Part shown: positions 52,101-64,000 of the stretch, in pieces
How positions within the stretch are numbered: position 1 is the stretch's first letter
How the letters are laid out: each line of letters begins with the position of its first letter
Assembly (NCBI GenBank): GCA_964016885.1
Contig: OZ024741.1
Coordinates: forward strand, 415,586,001-415,650,000
DNA from: Eledone cirrhosa
Lineage: Eukaryota
Length of the DNA stretch: 64,000 nt
Direction: 5' to 3'
Translations under genes and position numbers: made by a program
The notes under the pieces: model-generated
Told to the model about the DNA's origin: nothing
The model's input: the letters and a program-made list of their open reading frames with translations, nothing else
Database searches by the model: none

Positions 52101-55100
52101 TATATTGACTGGGGCCTCTGTTATGTTAACTGGGGCCTCTGTTATATTAACTGGGCTCTCTGTTATATTAACTGGGGTCTCTGTTATATTAACTGGGGTC
52201 TCTGTTATATTAACTGGGGTCTCTGTTATATTAACTCGGGTCTGTTATATTAACTGGGGTCTCTGTTATATTAACTGGGGTATGTTATATTAACTGGGGT
52301 CTCTGTAATATTAACTGGGGTCTCTATTATATTAACTGGGGTCTCTGTTATATTAACTGGAGTCTCTGTTATATTAACTGGGGTCTCTGTTATATTAACT
52401 GGGGCCTCTGTTATATTAACTGGGGCCTCTGTTATATTAACTGGGGCCTCTGTTATATTAACTGGGGTCTCTGTTATATTAACTGGGGTATGTTATATTA
52501 ACTGGGGCCTCTGTTATATTAACTGGGCCTCTATTATAGTAACTGGGGTCTCTGTTATATTAACTGGGGTCTGTTATATTAACTGGGGTCTCCTTCATAT
52601 TAACTGGGGTCTCTGTTATATTAACAGGGGTCTCTGTTATATTAACTGGGGTCTCTGTTATATTAACTGGGGCCTCTGTTATATTAACTGGGGTCTCTAT
52701 TATATTAACTGGGGTCTCTGTTATATTAACTGGGGTCTCTGTTACATTAAATGGGGCCTCTGTTATATTAACTGGGCTCTCTGTTTTATTAACTGGGGTC
52801 TCTGTTATATTAACTGAGGTCTCTGTTATATTAACTGGGGTCTCTGTTATATTAACTGAGGTCTCTGTTATATTAACTGGGGTCTCTATTATATTAACTG
52901 GGATCTCTTTTATATTCACTGGGGTCTCTGTAATATTAACTGGGGTATGTTATATTAACTGGGGTCTCTGTTATATTAACTGGGTTCTCTGTTATATTAA
53001 CTGGGGTATGTTATATTAACTGGGGTCTCTGTTATATTAACTGGGGCCTCTGTTATATTAACTGGGGCCTCTGTTATATTAAATGTGGTCTCTGTTATAT
53101 TAGCTGGGGACTCTGTTATATTAACTGTGGTCTCTGTTACATTAAATGGGGTCTCTGTATATTAACTGGGGCCTCTGTAATATTAACTGGGGTATGTTAT
53201 ATTAACTGGGGCCTCTGTTATATTAACTGGGGCCTCTGTTATATTAACTGGGGCCTCTGTTATATTAAATGGGGTCTCTGTTATATTAACTGGCGCCTCT
53301 GTTATATTAACTGGGGCCTCTGTTATATTAACTGGGGCCTCTGTTATATTAACTGGGGTCTCTGTTACATTAAATGGGGTCTCTGTTATATTAAATGGTG
53401 CCTCTGTTATATTAACTGGGGTCTCTGTTATATTAACTGGGGCCTCCGTTTTATTAACTGGGGTCTCTGTTATATTAACTGGGGTCTCTGTTATATTAAA
53501 TGGGGTCTCTGTTATATTAACTGGGGTTCTGTTATATTGACTGGTGCCTCTGTTATATTAACTGGGGCCTCTGTTATATTAACTGGGGGTCTCTGTTATA
53601 TTAACTGGGGTCTCTGTTATATTAACTCTGGTCTCTGTTATATTAACTGGGGGCTCTGTTATATTAACTGGGGCTTCTGTTATATTAACTGGGGTCTCTG
53701 TTATATTAACTGGGGCCTCTGTTATATTAACTGGGGTCTCTGTTATATTAACTGGGGTCTCTGTTATATTAACTCGGGTCTCTGTTATATTAACTGGGGG
53801 CTCTGTTATATTAACTGGGGCTTCTGTTATATTAACTGGGGTCTCTGTTATATTAACTGGGGCCTCTGTTATATTAAATGGGGTCTCTGTTATATTAACT
53901 GGGGCCTCTGTTATATTAACTGGCGCCTCTGTTATATTAACTGGGGTCTCTGTTATATTAACTGGGGTCTCTGTTATATTAACTGGGTTCTCTGTTATAT
54001 TAACTGGGGTATGTTATATTAACTGGGGTCTCTGTTATATTAACTGGGGTCTCTGTTATATTAACTGGGGTATGTTATATTAACTGGGGTCTCTGTTATA
54101 TTAACTGGGGCCTCTGTTATATTAACTGGGGCCTCTGTTATATTAACTGGGGCCTCCGTTATATTAACTGGGGTCTCTGTTATATTAACTGGGGTCTCTG
54201 TTATATTAACTGGTGCCTCTGTTATATTAACTGGGGTCTCTGTTATATTAACTGGGGTCTCTGTTATATTAACTGGGGCCTCTGTTATATTAACTGGGGC
54301 CTCTGTTATATTAACTGGGGCCTCTGTTATATTAACTGGGTGCTCTGTTATATTAACTGGGGCCTCTGTTATATTAATTGGGGTCTCTGTCATATTAACT
54401 GGGGTCTCTGTTATGTTAACTGGGGCCTCTGGTATATTAACTGGGGCTTCTGTTATATTAACTGGGGCCACTGTTATATTAACTGGGGCCTCTGTTATAT
54501 TAAATGGGGTCTCTGTTATATTAACTGGCGCCTCTGTTATATTAACTGGGGCCTCTGTTATATTAACTGGGGCCTCTGTTATATTAACTGGGGTCTCTGT
54601 TATATTAACTAGGGTCTCTGTTATGTTAAATGGGGTCTCTGTTATATTAACTGGGGTCTCTGTTACATTAAATGGGGTCTCTGTTATATTAACTGGGGTC
54701 TCTGTTATATTAACTGGGGCCTCTGTTATATTAACTGCGGCCTCTGTTATATTAACTGGGGTCTCTGTTATATTAACTGGGGTCTCTGTTATATTAACTG
54801 GGGCCTCTGTAATATTAACTAGGGTCTCTATTATATTAACTGGGATCTCTGTTATATTAACTGGGGCCTCTGTTATATTAACTGGGGTCTCTGTTATATT
54901 AACTGGGGTCTCTGTTATATTATCTGGAGTCTCTGTTATATTAACTGGGGTCTCTGTTATATTAACTGGGGCCTCTGTTATATTAACTGGGGCCTCTGTT
55001 ATATTAACTGGGTCTCCGTTATATTAACTGGGGTCTCTGTTATATTAACTGGGGTCTCTGTTATCTTAAATGGTGCCTCTGTTATATTAACTGCGGTCAC

Positions 55101-58100
55101 TGTTATATTAGCTGGGGCCTCTGTTATATTAACTGGGGTCTCTATTATATTAACTGGGGTCTCTGTTATCTTAAATGGGGTCTCTGTTATATTAACTGGG
55201 ACCTCTGTTATATTAACTGGGGTCTCTGTTATATTAACTGGGGTCTCTGTTATATTTACTGGGGTATGTTATATTAACTGGGGTCTCTGTTATATTAACT
55301 GGGCCCTCTGTCATATTAATTGGGGCCTCTGTTATAATAACTGGGGTCTGTGTAATATTAACTGGGGTCTGTGTAATATTAACTGGGGTCTATGTTATAT
55401 TAACTGGGGTCTCTGTTATATTAACTGGGGCCTCTGTTATATTGACTGGGGCCTCTGTTATGTTAACTGGGGCCTCTGTTATATTAACTGGGCTCTCTGT
55501 TATATTAACTGGGGTCTCTGTTATATTAACTGGGGTCTCTGTTATATTAACTGGGGTCTCTGTTATATTAACTCGGGTCTGTTATATTAACTGGGGTCTC
55601 TGTTATATTAACTGGTGTATGTTATATTAACTGGGGTCTCTGTAATATTAACTGGGGTCTCTATTATATTAACTGGGGTCTCTGTTATATTAACTGGGGT
55701 CTCTGTTATATTAACTGGGGTCTCTGTTATATTAACTCGGGTCTCTGTTATATTAACTGGGGGCTCTGTTATATTAACTGGGGCTTCTGTTATATTAACT
55801 GGGGTCTCTGTTATATTAACTGGAGCCTCTGTTATATTAACTGGGGTATGTTATATTAACTGGGGTCTCTGTTATATTAACTGGGGCCTCTGTTATATTA
55901 ACTGGGGCCTCTGTTATATTAACTGGGGCCTCCGTTATGTTAACTGGGGTCTCTGTTATATTAACTGGGGTCTCTGTTATATTAACTGGTGCCTCTGTTA
56001 TATTAACTGGGGTCTCTGTTATATTAACTGGGGTCTCTGTTATATTAACTGGGGTCTCTGTTATATTAACTGGGGTCTCTGTTATATTAACTGGGGCCTC
56101 TGTTATATTAACTGGGGCCTCTGTTATATTAACTGGGGGCTCTGTTATATTAACTGGGGCCTCTGTTATATTAATTGGGGTCTCTGTCATATTAACTGGG
56201 ATCTCTGTTATGTTAACTGGGGCCTCTGTTATATTAACTGGGGCTTCTGTTATATTAACTGGGGCCTCTGTTATATTAACTGGGGTCTCTGTTATATTAA
56301 CTGGGGTCTCTGTTATATTAACTGGGGTCTCTGTTATATTAACTGGGGCTTCTGTTATATTAACTGGGGCCTCTGTTATATTAACTGGGGCCTCCGTTAT
56401 ATTAACTGGGGTCTCTGTTATATTAACTGGGGTCTCTGTTATATTAACTGGTGCCTCTGTTATATTAACTGGGGTCTCTGTTATATTAACTGGGGTCTCT
56501 GTTATATTAACTGGGGCCTCTGTTATATTAACTGGGGCCTCTGTTATATTAACTGGGGCCTCTGTTATATTAACTGGGTGCTCTGTTATATTAACTGGGG
56601 CCTCTGTTATATTAATTGGGGTCTCTGTCATATTAACTGGGGTCTCTGTTATGTTAACTGGGGCCTCTGGTATATTAACTGGGGCTTCTGTTATATTAAC
56701 TGGGGCCACTGTTATATTAACTGGGGCCTCTGTTATATTAAATGGGGTCTCTGTTATATTAACTGGCGCCTCTGTTATATTAACTGGGGCCTCTGTTATA
56801 TTAACTGGGGCCTCTGTTATATTAACTGGGGTCTCTGTTATATTAACTAGGGTCTCTGTTATGTTAAATGGGGTCTCTGTTATATTAACTGGGGTCTCTG
56901 TTACATTAAATGGGGTCTCTGTTATATTAACTGGGGTCTCTGTTATATTAACTGGGGCCTCTGTTATATTAACTGCGGCCTCTGTTATATTAACTGGGGT
57001 CTCTGTTATATTAACTGGGGTCTCTGTTATATTAACTGGGGCCTCTGTAATATTAACTAGGGTCTCTATTATATTAACTGGGATCTCTGTTATATTAACT
57101 GGGGCCTCTGTTATATTAACTGGGGTCTCTGTTATATTAACTGGGGTCTCTGTTATATTATCTGGAGTCTCTGTTATATTAACTGGGGTCTCTGTTATAT
57201 TAACTGGGGCCTCTGTTATATTAACTGGGGCCTCTGTTATATTAACTGGGTCTCCGTTATATTAACTGGGGTCTCTGTTATATTAACTGGGGTCTCTGTT
57301 ATCTTAAATGGTGCCTCTGTTATATTAACTGCGGTCACTGTTATATTAGCTGGGGCCTCTGTTATATTAACTGGGGTCTCTATTATATTAACTGGGGTCT
57401 CTGTTATCTTAAATGGGGTCTCTGTTATATTAACTGGGACCTCTGTTATATTAACTGGGGTCTCTGTTATATTAACTGGGGTCTCTGTTATATTTACTGG
57501 GGTATGTTATATTAACTGGGGTCTCTGTTATATTAACTGGGCCCTCTGTCATATTAATTGGGGCCTCTGTTATAATAACTGGGGTCTGTGTAATATTAAC
57601 TGGGGTCTGTGTAATATTAACTGGGGTCTATGTTATATTAACTGGGGTCTCTGTTATATTAACTGGGGCCTCTGTTATATTGACTGGGGCCTCTGTTATG
57701 TTAACTGGGGCCTCTGTTATATTAACTGGGCTCTCTGTTATATTAACTGGGGTCTCTGTTATATTAACTGGGGTCTCTGTTATATTAACTGGGGTCTCTG
57801 TTATATTAACTCGGGTCTGTTATATTAACTGGGGTCTCTGTTATATTAACTGGTGTATGTTATATTAACTGGGGTCTCTGTAATATTAACTGGGGTCTCT
57901 ATTATATTAACTGGGGTCTCTGTTATATTAACTGGGGTCTCTGTTATATTAACTGGGGTCTCTGTTATATTAACTCGGGTCTCTGTTATATTAACTGGGG
58001 GCTCTGTTATATTAACTGGGGCTTCTGTTATATTAACTGGGGTCTCTGTTATATTAACTGGAGCCTCTGTTATATTAACTGGGGTATGTTATATTAACTG

Positions 58101-61100
58101 GGGTCTCTGTTATATTAACTGGGGCCTCTGTTATATTAACTGGGGCCTCTGTTATATTAACTGGGGCCTCCGTTATGTTAACTGGGGTCTCTGTTATATT
58201 AACTGGGGTCTCTGTTATATTAACTGGTGCCTCTGTTATATTAACTGGGGTCTCTGTTATATTAACTGGGGTCTCTGTTATATTAACTGGGGTCTCTGTT
58301 ATATTAACTGGGGTCTCTGTTATATTAACTGGGGCCTCTGTTATATTAATTGGGGTCTCTGTCATATTAACTGGGATCTCTGTTATGTTAACTGGGGCCT
58401 CTGTTATATTAATTGGGGTCTCTGTCATATTAACTGGGATCTCTGTTATGTTAACTGGGGCCTCTGTTATATTAACTGGGGCTTCTGTTATATTAACTGG
58501 GGCCTCTGTTATATTAACTGGGGTCTCTGTTATATTAACTGGGGTCTCTGTTATATTAACTGGGGTCTCTGTTATATTAACTGGGGCCTCTGTTATATTA
58601 ACTGGGGCCTCTGTTATATTAACTGGGGTCTCTGTTATATTAACTGGGGTATGTTATATTAACTGGGGCCTCTGTAATATTAACTAGGGTCTCTATTATA
58701 TTAACTGGGATCTCTGTTATATTAACTGGGGCCTCTGTTATATTAACTGGGGTCTCTGTTATATTAACTGGGGTCTCTGTTATATTGTCTGGAGTCTCTG
58801 TTATATTAACTGGGGTCTCTGTTATATTAACTGGGGCCTCTGTTATATTAACTGGGGCCTCTGTTATATTAACTGGGGCCTCCGTTATATTAACTGGGGT
58901 CTCTGTTATATTAACTGGGGTCTCTGTTATCTTAAATGGGGTCTCTGTTATATTAACTGGGGTCTCTGTTATATTAACTGGTGCCTCTGTTATATTAACT
59001 GGGGTCTCTGTTATATTAGCAGGGGCCTCTGTTATATTAACTGGGGTCTCTATTATATTAACTGGGGTCTCTGTTATCTTAAATGGGGTCTCTGTTATAT
59101 TAACTGGGACCTCTGTTATATTAACTGGGGTCTCTGTTATATTAACTGGGGTCTCTGTTATATTTACTGGGGTATGTTATATTAACTGGGGTCTCTGTTA
59201 TATTAACTGGGCCCTCTGTTATATTAATTGGGGCCTCTGTTATAATAACTGGGGTCTGTGTAATATTAACTGGGGTCTGTGTAATATTAACTGGGGTCTA
59301 TGTTATATTAACTGGGGTCTCTGTTATATTAACTGGGGCCTCTGTTATATTGACTGGGGCCTCTGTTATGTTAACTGGGGCCTCTGTTATATTAACTGGG
59401 GTCTCTGTTATATTAACTGGGGTCTCTGTTATATTAACTGGGGTCTCTGTTATATTAACTGGGGTCTCTGTTATATTAACTGGGGTATGTTATATTAACT
59501 GGGGTCTCTGTAATATTAACTGGGGTCTCTATTATATTAACTGGGGTCTCTGTTATATTAACTGGGGTCTCTGTTATATTAACTGGAGTCTCTGTTATAT
59601 TAACTGGGGTCTCTGTTATATTAACTGGGGCCTCTGTTATATTAACTGGGGCCTCTGTTATATTAACTGGGGCCTCTGTTATATTAACTGGGGCCTCCGT
59701 TTTATTAACTGGGGTCTCTGTTATATTAACTGGGGTCTCTGTTATATTAAATGGCGTCTCTGTTATATTAACTGGGGTTCTGTTATATTGACTGGTGCCT
59801 CTGTTATATTAACTGGGGTCTCTGTTATATTAACTGGGGTCTCTGTTATATTAACTGGGGTCTCTGTTATATTAACTGGGGTCTCTGTTATATTAACTGG
59901 GGTCTCTGTTACATTAAATGGGGTCTCTGTTATATTAACTGGGGCCTCTGTTATATTAACTGGGGCCTCTGTTATATTAACTGGGGCCTCTGTTATATTA
60001 ACTGGGGTCTCTGTTATATTAACTGGGGCCTCTGTTATATTAACTGGGGCCTCTGTTATATTAACTGAAGGTCTCTGTTATATTAACTGGGGTCTCTGTT
60101 ATATTAACTCGGGTCTCTGTTATATTAACTGGGGGCTCTGTTATATTAACTGGGGCTTCTGTTATATTAACTGGGGTCTCTGTTATATTAACTGGGGCCT
60201 CTGTTATATTAAATGGGGTCTCTGTTATATTAACTGGGGTCTCTGTTATATTAACTGGGGCCTCTGTTATATTAGCTGGGGCCTCTGTTATATTAACTGG
60301 GGTCTCTGTTACATTAAATGGGGTCTCTGTTACGTTAAATGGGGTCTCTGTTATATTAACTGGGGCCTCTGTTATATTAACTGGGGTCTCTGTTATATTA
60401 ACTGGGGCCTCTGTTATATTAACTGGGTTCTCTGTTATATTAACTGGGGTATGTTATATTAACTGGGGTCTCTGTTATATTAACTGGGGTCTCTGTTATA
60501 TTAACTGGGGTATGTTATATTAACTGGGGTCTCTGTTATATTAACTGGGGCCTCTGTTATATTAACTGGGGCCTCTGTTATATTAACTGGGGCCTCTGTT
60601 ATATTAAATGGGGTCTCTGATATATTAACTGGGGTCTCTGTTATATTAACTGGGGCCTCTGTTATATTAACTGGGGCCTCTGTTATATTAACTGGGGCCC
60701 CTGTTATATTAAATGGGGTCTCTGTTATATTAACTGGCGCCTCTGTTATATTAACTGGGGCCTCTGTTATATTAACTGGGGCCTCTGTTATATTAACTGG
60801 GGTCTCTGTTATATTAACTAGGGTCTCTGTTATATTAAATGGTGCCTCTGTTATAATAACTGGGGTCCCTGTTATATTAACTGGGGCCTCTGTTATATTA
60901 ACTGGGGTCTCTGTTACATTAAATGGGGTCTCTGTTATATTAACTGGGGCCTCTGTTATATTAACTGGGCTCTCTGTTTTATTAACTGGGGTCTCTGTTA
61001 TATTAACTGGGGTCTCTGTTATATTGTCTGGAGTCTCTGTTATATTAACTGGGGTCTCTGTTATATTAACTGGGGCCTCTGTTATATTAACTGGGGCCTC

Positions 61101-64000
61101 TGTTATATTAACTGGGGCCTCCGTTATATTAACTGGGGTCTCTGTTATATTAACTGGGGTCTCTGTTATCTTAAATGGGGTCTCTGTTATATTAACTGGG
61201 GTCTCTGTTATATTAACTGGTGCCTCTGTTATATTAACTGGGGTCTCTGTTTTATTAGCAGGGGCCTCTGTTATATTAACTGGGGTCTCTATTATATTAA
61301 CTGGGGTCTCTGTTATCTTAAATGGGGTCTCTGTTATATTAACTGGGACCTCTGTTATATTAACTGGGGTCTCTGTTATATTAACTGGGGTCTCTGTTAT
61401 ATTTACTGGGGTATGTTATATTAACTGGGGTCTCTGTTATATTAACTGGGCCCTCTGTTATATTAATTGGGGCCTCTGTTATAATAACTGGGGTCTGTGT
61501 AATATTAACTGGGGTCTGTGTAATATTAACTGGGGTCTATGTTATATTAACTGGGGTCTCTGTTATATTAACTGGGGCCTCTGTTATATTGACTGGGGCC
61601 TCTGTTATGTTAACTGGGGCCTCTGTTATATTAACTGGGCTCTCTGTTATATTAACTGGGGTCTCTGTTATATTAACTGGGGCCTCTGTTATATTAACTG
61701 GGGCCTCTGTTATATTAACTGGGGTCTCTGTTATATTAACTAGGGTCTCTGTTATATTAAATGGTGCCTCTGTTATAATAACTGGGGTCCCTGTTATATT
61801 AACTGGGGCCTCTGTTATATTAACTGGGGTCTCTGTTATATTAATTGGGGTCTCTGTTATATTAACTGGGGTATGTTATATTAACTGGGGTCTCTGTAAT
61901 ATTAACTGGGGTCTCTATTATATTAACTGGGGTCTCTGTTATATTAACTGGGGTCTCTGTTATATTAACTGGGGTCACTGTTATATTAACTGGGGCCTCT
62001 GTTATATTAACTGGGGCCTCTGTTATATTAACTGGGGCCTCCGTTATATTAACTGGGGTCTCTATTATATTAACTGGGGCCTCTGTTATATTAACTGGGG
62101 CCTCTGTTATATTAACTGGGGCCTCTGTTATATTAAATGGGGTCTCTGTTATATTAACTGGGGTCTCTGTTATATTAACTGGTGCCTCTGTTATATTAAC
62201 TGGGGTCTCTGTTATATTAACTGGGGCCTCTGTTATATTAACTGGGGCCTCTGTTATATTAACTGGGGTCTCTGTTATATTAACTGGGGTCTCTGTTATA
62301 TTAACTGGGGTATGTTATATTAACTGGGGCCTCTGTAATATTAACTAGGGTCTCTATTATATTAACTGGGGTCTCTGTTATATTAACTGGGGCCTCTGTT
62401 ATATTAACTGGGGCCTCTGTTATATTAACTGGGGCCTCCGTTATATTAACTGGGGTCTCTGTTATATTAACTGGGGTCTCTGTTATCTTAAATGGGGTCT
62501 CTGTTATATTAACTGGGGTCTCTGTTATATTAACTGGTGCCTCTGTTATATTAACTGGGGTCTCTGTTATATTAGCTGGGGCCTCTGTTATATTAACTGG
62601 GGTCTCTATTATATTAACTGGGGTCTCTGGTATCTTAAATGGGGTCTCTGTTATATTAACTGGGACCTCTGTTATATTAACTGGGGTCTCTGTTATATTA
62701 ACTGGGGTCTCTGTTATATTTACTGGGGTATGTTATATTAACTGGGGTCTCTGTTATATTAACTGGGCCCTCTGTTATATTAATTGGGACTCTGTTATAA
62801 TAACTGGGGTCTGTGTAATATTAACTGGGGTCTGTGTAATATTAACTGGGGCCTCTGTTATATTAACTGGGGCCTCTGTTATATTAACTGGGGCCTCTGT
62901 TATATTAACTGGGGTCTCTGTTATATTAACTGTGGCCTCTGTTATATTGACTGGGGCCTCTGTTATGTTAACTGGGGCCTCTGTTATATTAACTGGGCTC
63001 TCTGTTATATTAACTGGGGTCTCTGTTATATTAACTGGGGTCTCTGTTATATTAACTGGGGTCTCTGTTATATTAACTGGGGTCTCTGTTATATTAACTC
63101 GGGTCTGTTATATTAACTGGGGTCTCTGTTATATTAACTGGGGTATGTTATATTAACTGGGGTCTCTGTAATATTAACTGGGGTCTCTATTATATTAACT
63201 GGGGTCTCTGTTATATTAACTGGGGTCTCTGTTATATTAACTGGAGTCTCTGTTATATTAACTGGGGTCTCTGTTATATTAACTGGGGCCTCTGTTATAT
63301 TAACTGGGGCCTCTGTTATATTAACTGGGGCCTCTGTTATATTAACTGGGGCCTCTGTTATATTAACTGGGGGCTCTGTTATATTAACTGGGGCCTCTGT
63401 TATATTAATTGGGGTCTCTGTCATATTAACTGGGATCTCTGTTATGTTAACTGGGGCCTCTGTTATATTAACTGGGGCTTCTGTTATATTAACTGGGGCC
63501 TCTGTTATATTAACTGGGGTCTCTGTTATATTAACTGGGGTCTCTGTTATATTAACTGGGGTCTCTGTTATATTAACTGGGGCCTCTGTTATATTAACTG
63601 GGGCCTCTGTTATATTAACTGGGGTCTCTGTTATATTAACTGGGGTCTCTGTTATATTGTCTGGAGTCTCTGTTATATTAACTGGGGTCTCTGTTATATT
63701 AACTGGGGCCTCTGTTATATTAACTGGGGCCTCTGTTATATTAACTGGGGCCTCCGTTATATTAACTGGGGTCTCTGTTATATTAACTGGGGTCTCTGTT
63801 ATCTTAAATGGGGTCTCTGTTATATTAACTGGGGTCTCTGTTATATTAACTGGTGCCTCTGTTATATTAACTGGGGTCTCTGTTATATTAGCAGGGGCCT
63901 CTGTTATATTAACTGGGGTCTCTATTATATTAACTGGGGTCTCTGTTATCTTAAATGGGGTCTCTGTTATATTAACTGGGACCTCTGTTATATTAACTGG
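34124..64000. repeat. 21-bp satellite array (~1400 units, runs off the right edge), consensus CTCTGTTATATTAACTGGGG(T/C), with kb-scale higher-order repeats
   Basis: Direct 21-bp periodicity; GGGGT/GGGGC dimorphism; 19-bp variants (GGGGTATGTT, CGGGTCTGTT); variant patterns recur at kb offsets. Confidence 0.99.

Noticed and set aside
34117-63424. ORFs of VILTGVS / CYINWGL / NITETPV repeats resembling mucin or surface proteins
   Set aside because: Translation artefacts of a 21-bp satellite, broken by many 19-, 20- and 22-bp units; no unique domains.

Overview
Eukaryotic, repeat-saturated window with no intact cellular gene; the repeat families suggest an octopus/cephalopod genome (inference from recall, no search run). 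Two large satellite arrays (45-bp unit, 1-~12125; 21-bp unit, ~34124-64000) flank a ~22-kb island of nested retroelements. The island holds a near-full-length, recently inactivated RTE LINE inserted in a 5'-truncated Penelope-like element (PLE; GIY-YIG ORF, inverted terminal repeat, intact minimal hammerhead ribozyme), a second PLE GIY-YIG fragment, three foldback elements with hammerhead-like cores beside (TA)n tracts, two tRNA-SINE families (one sharing its 3' tail with the RTE), CRE-like and CR1-like LINE fragments and a hAT-type MITE. Main observation: several tandem repeats, including the >12-kb satellite, are amplifications of short hairpin-containing pieces of transposons whose unamplified copies lie in the same window. 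Long ORFs in the satellites are translation artefacts. All alignments and folds were done by eye.
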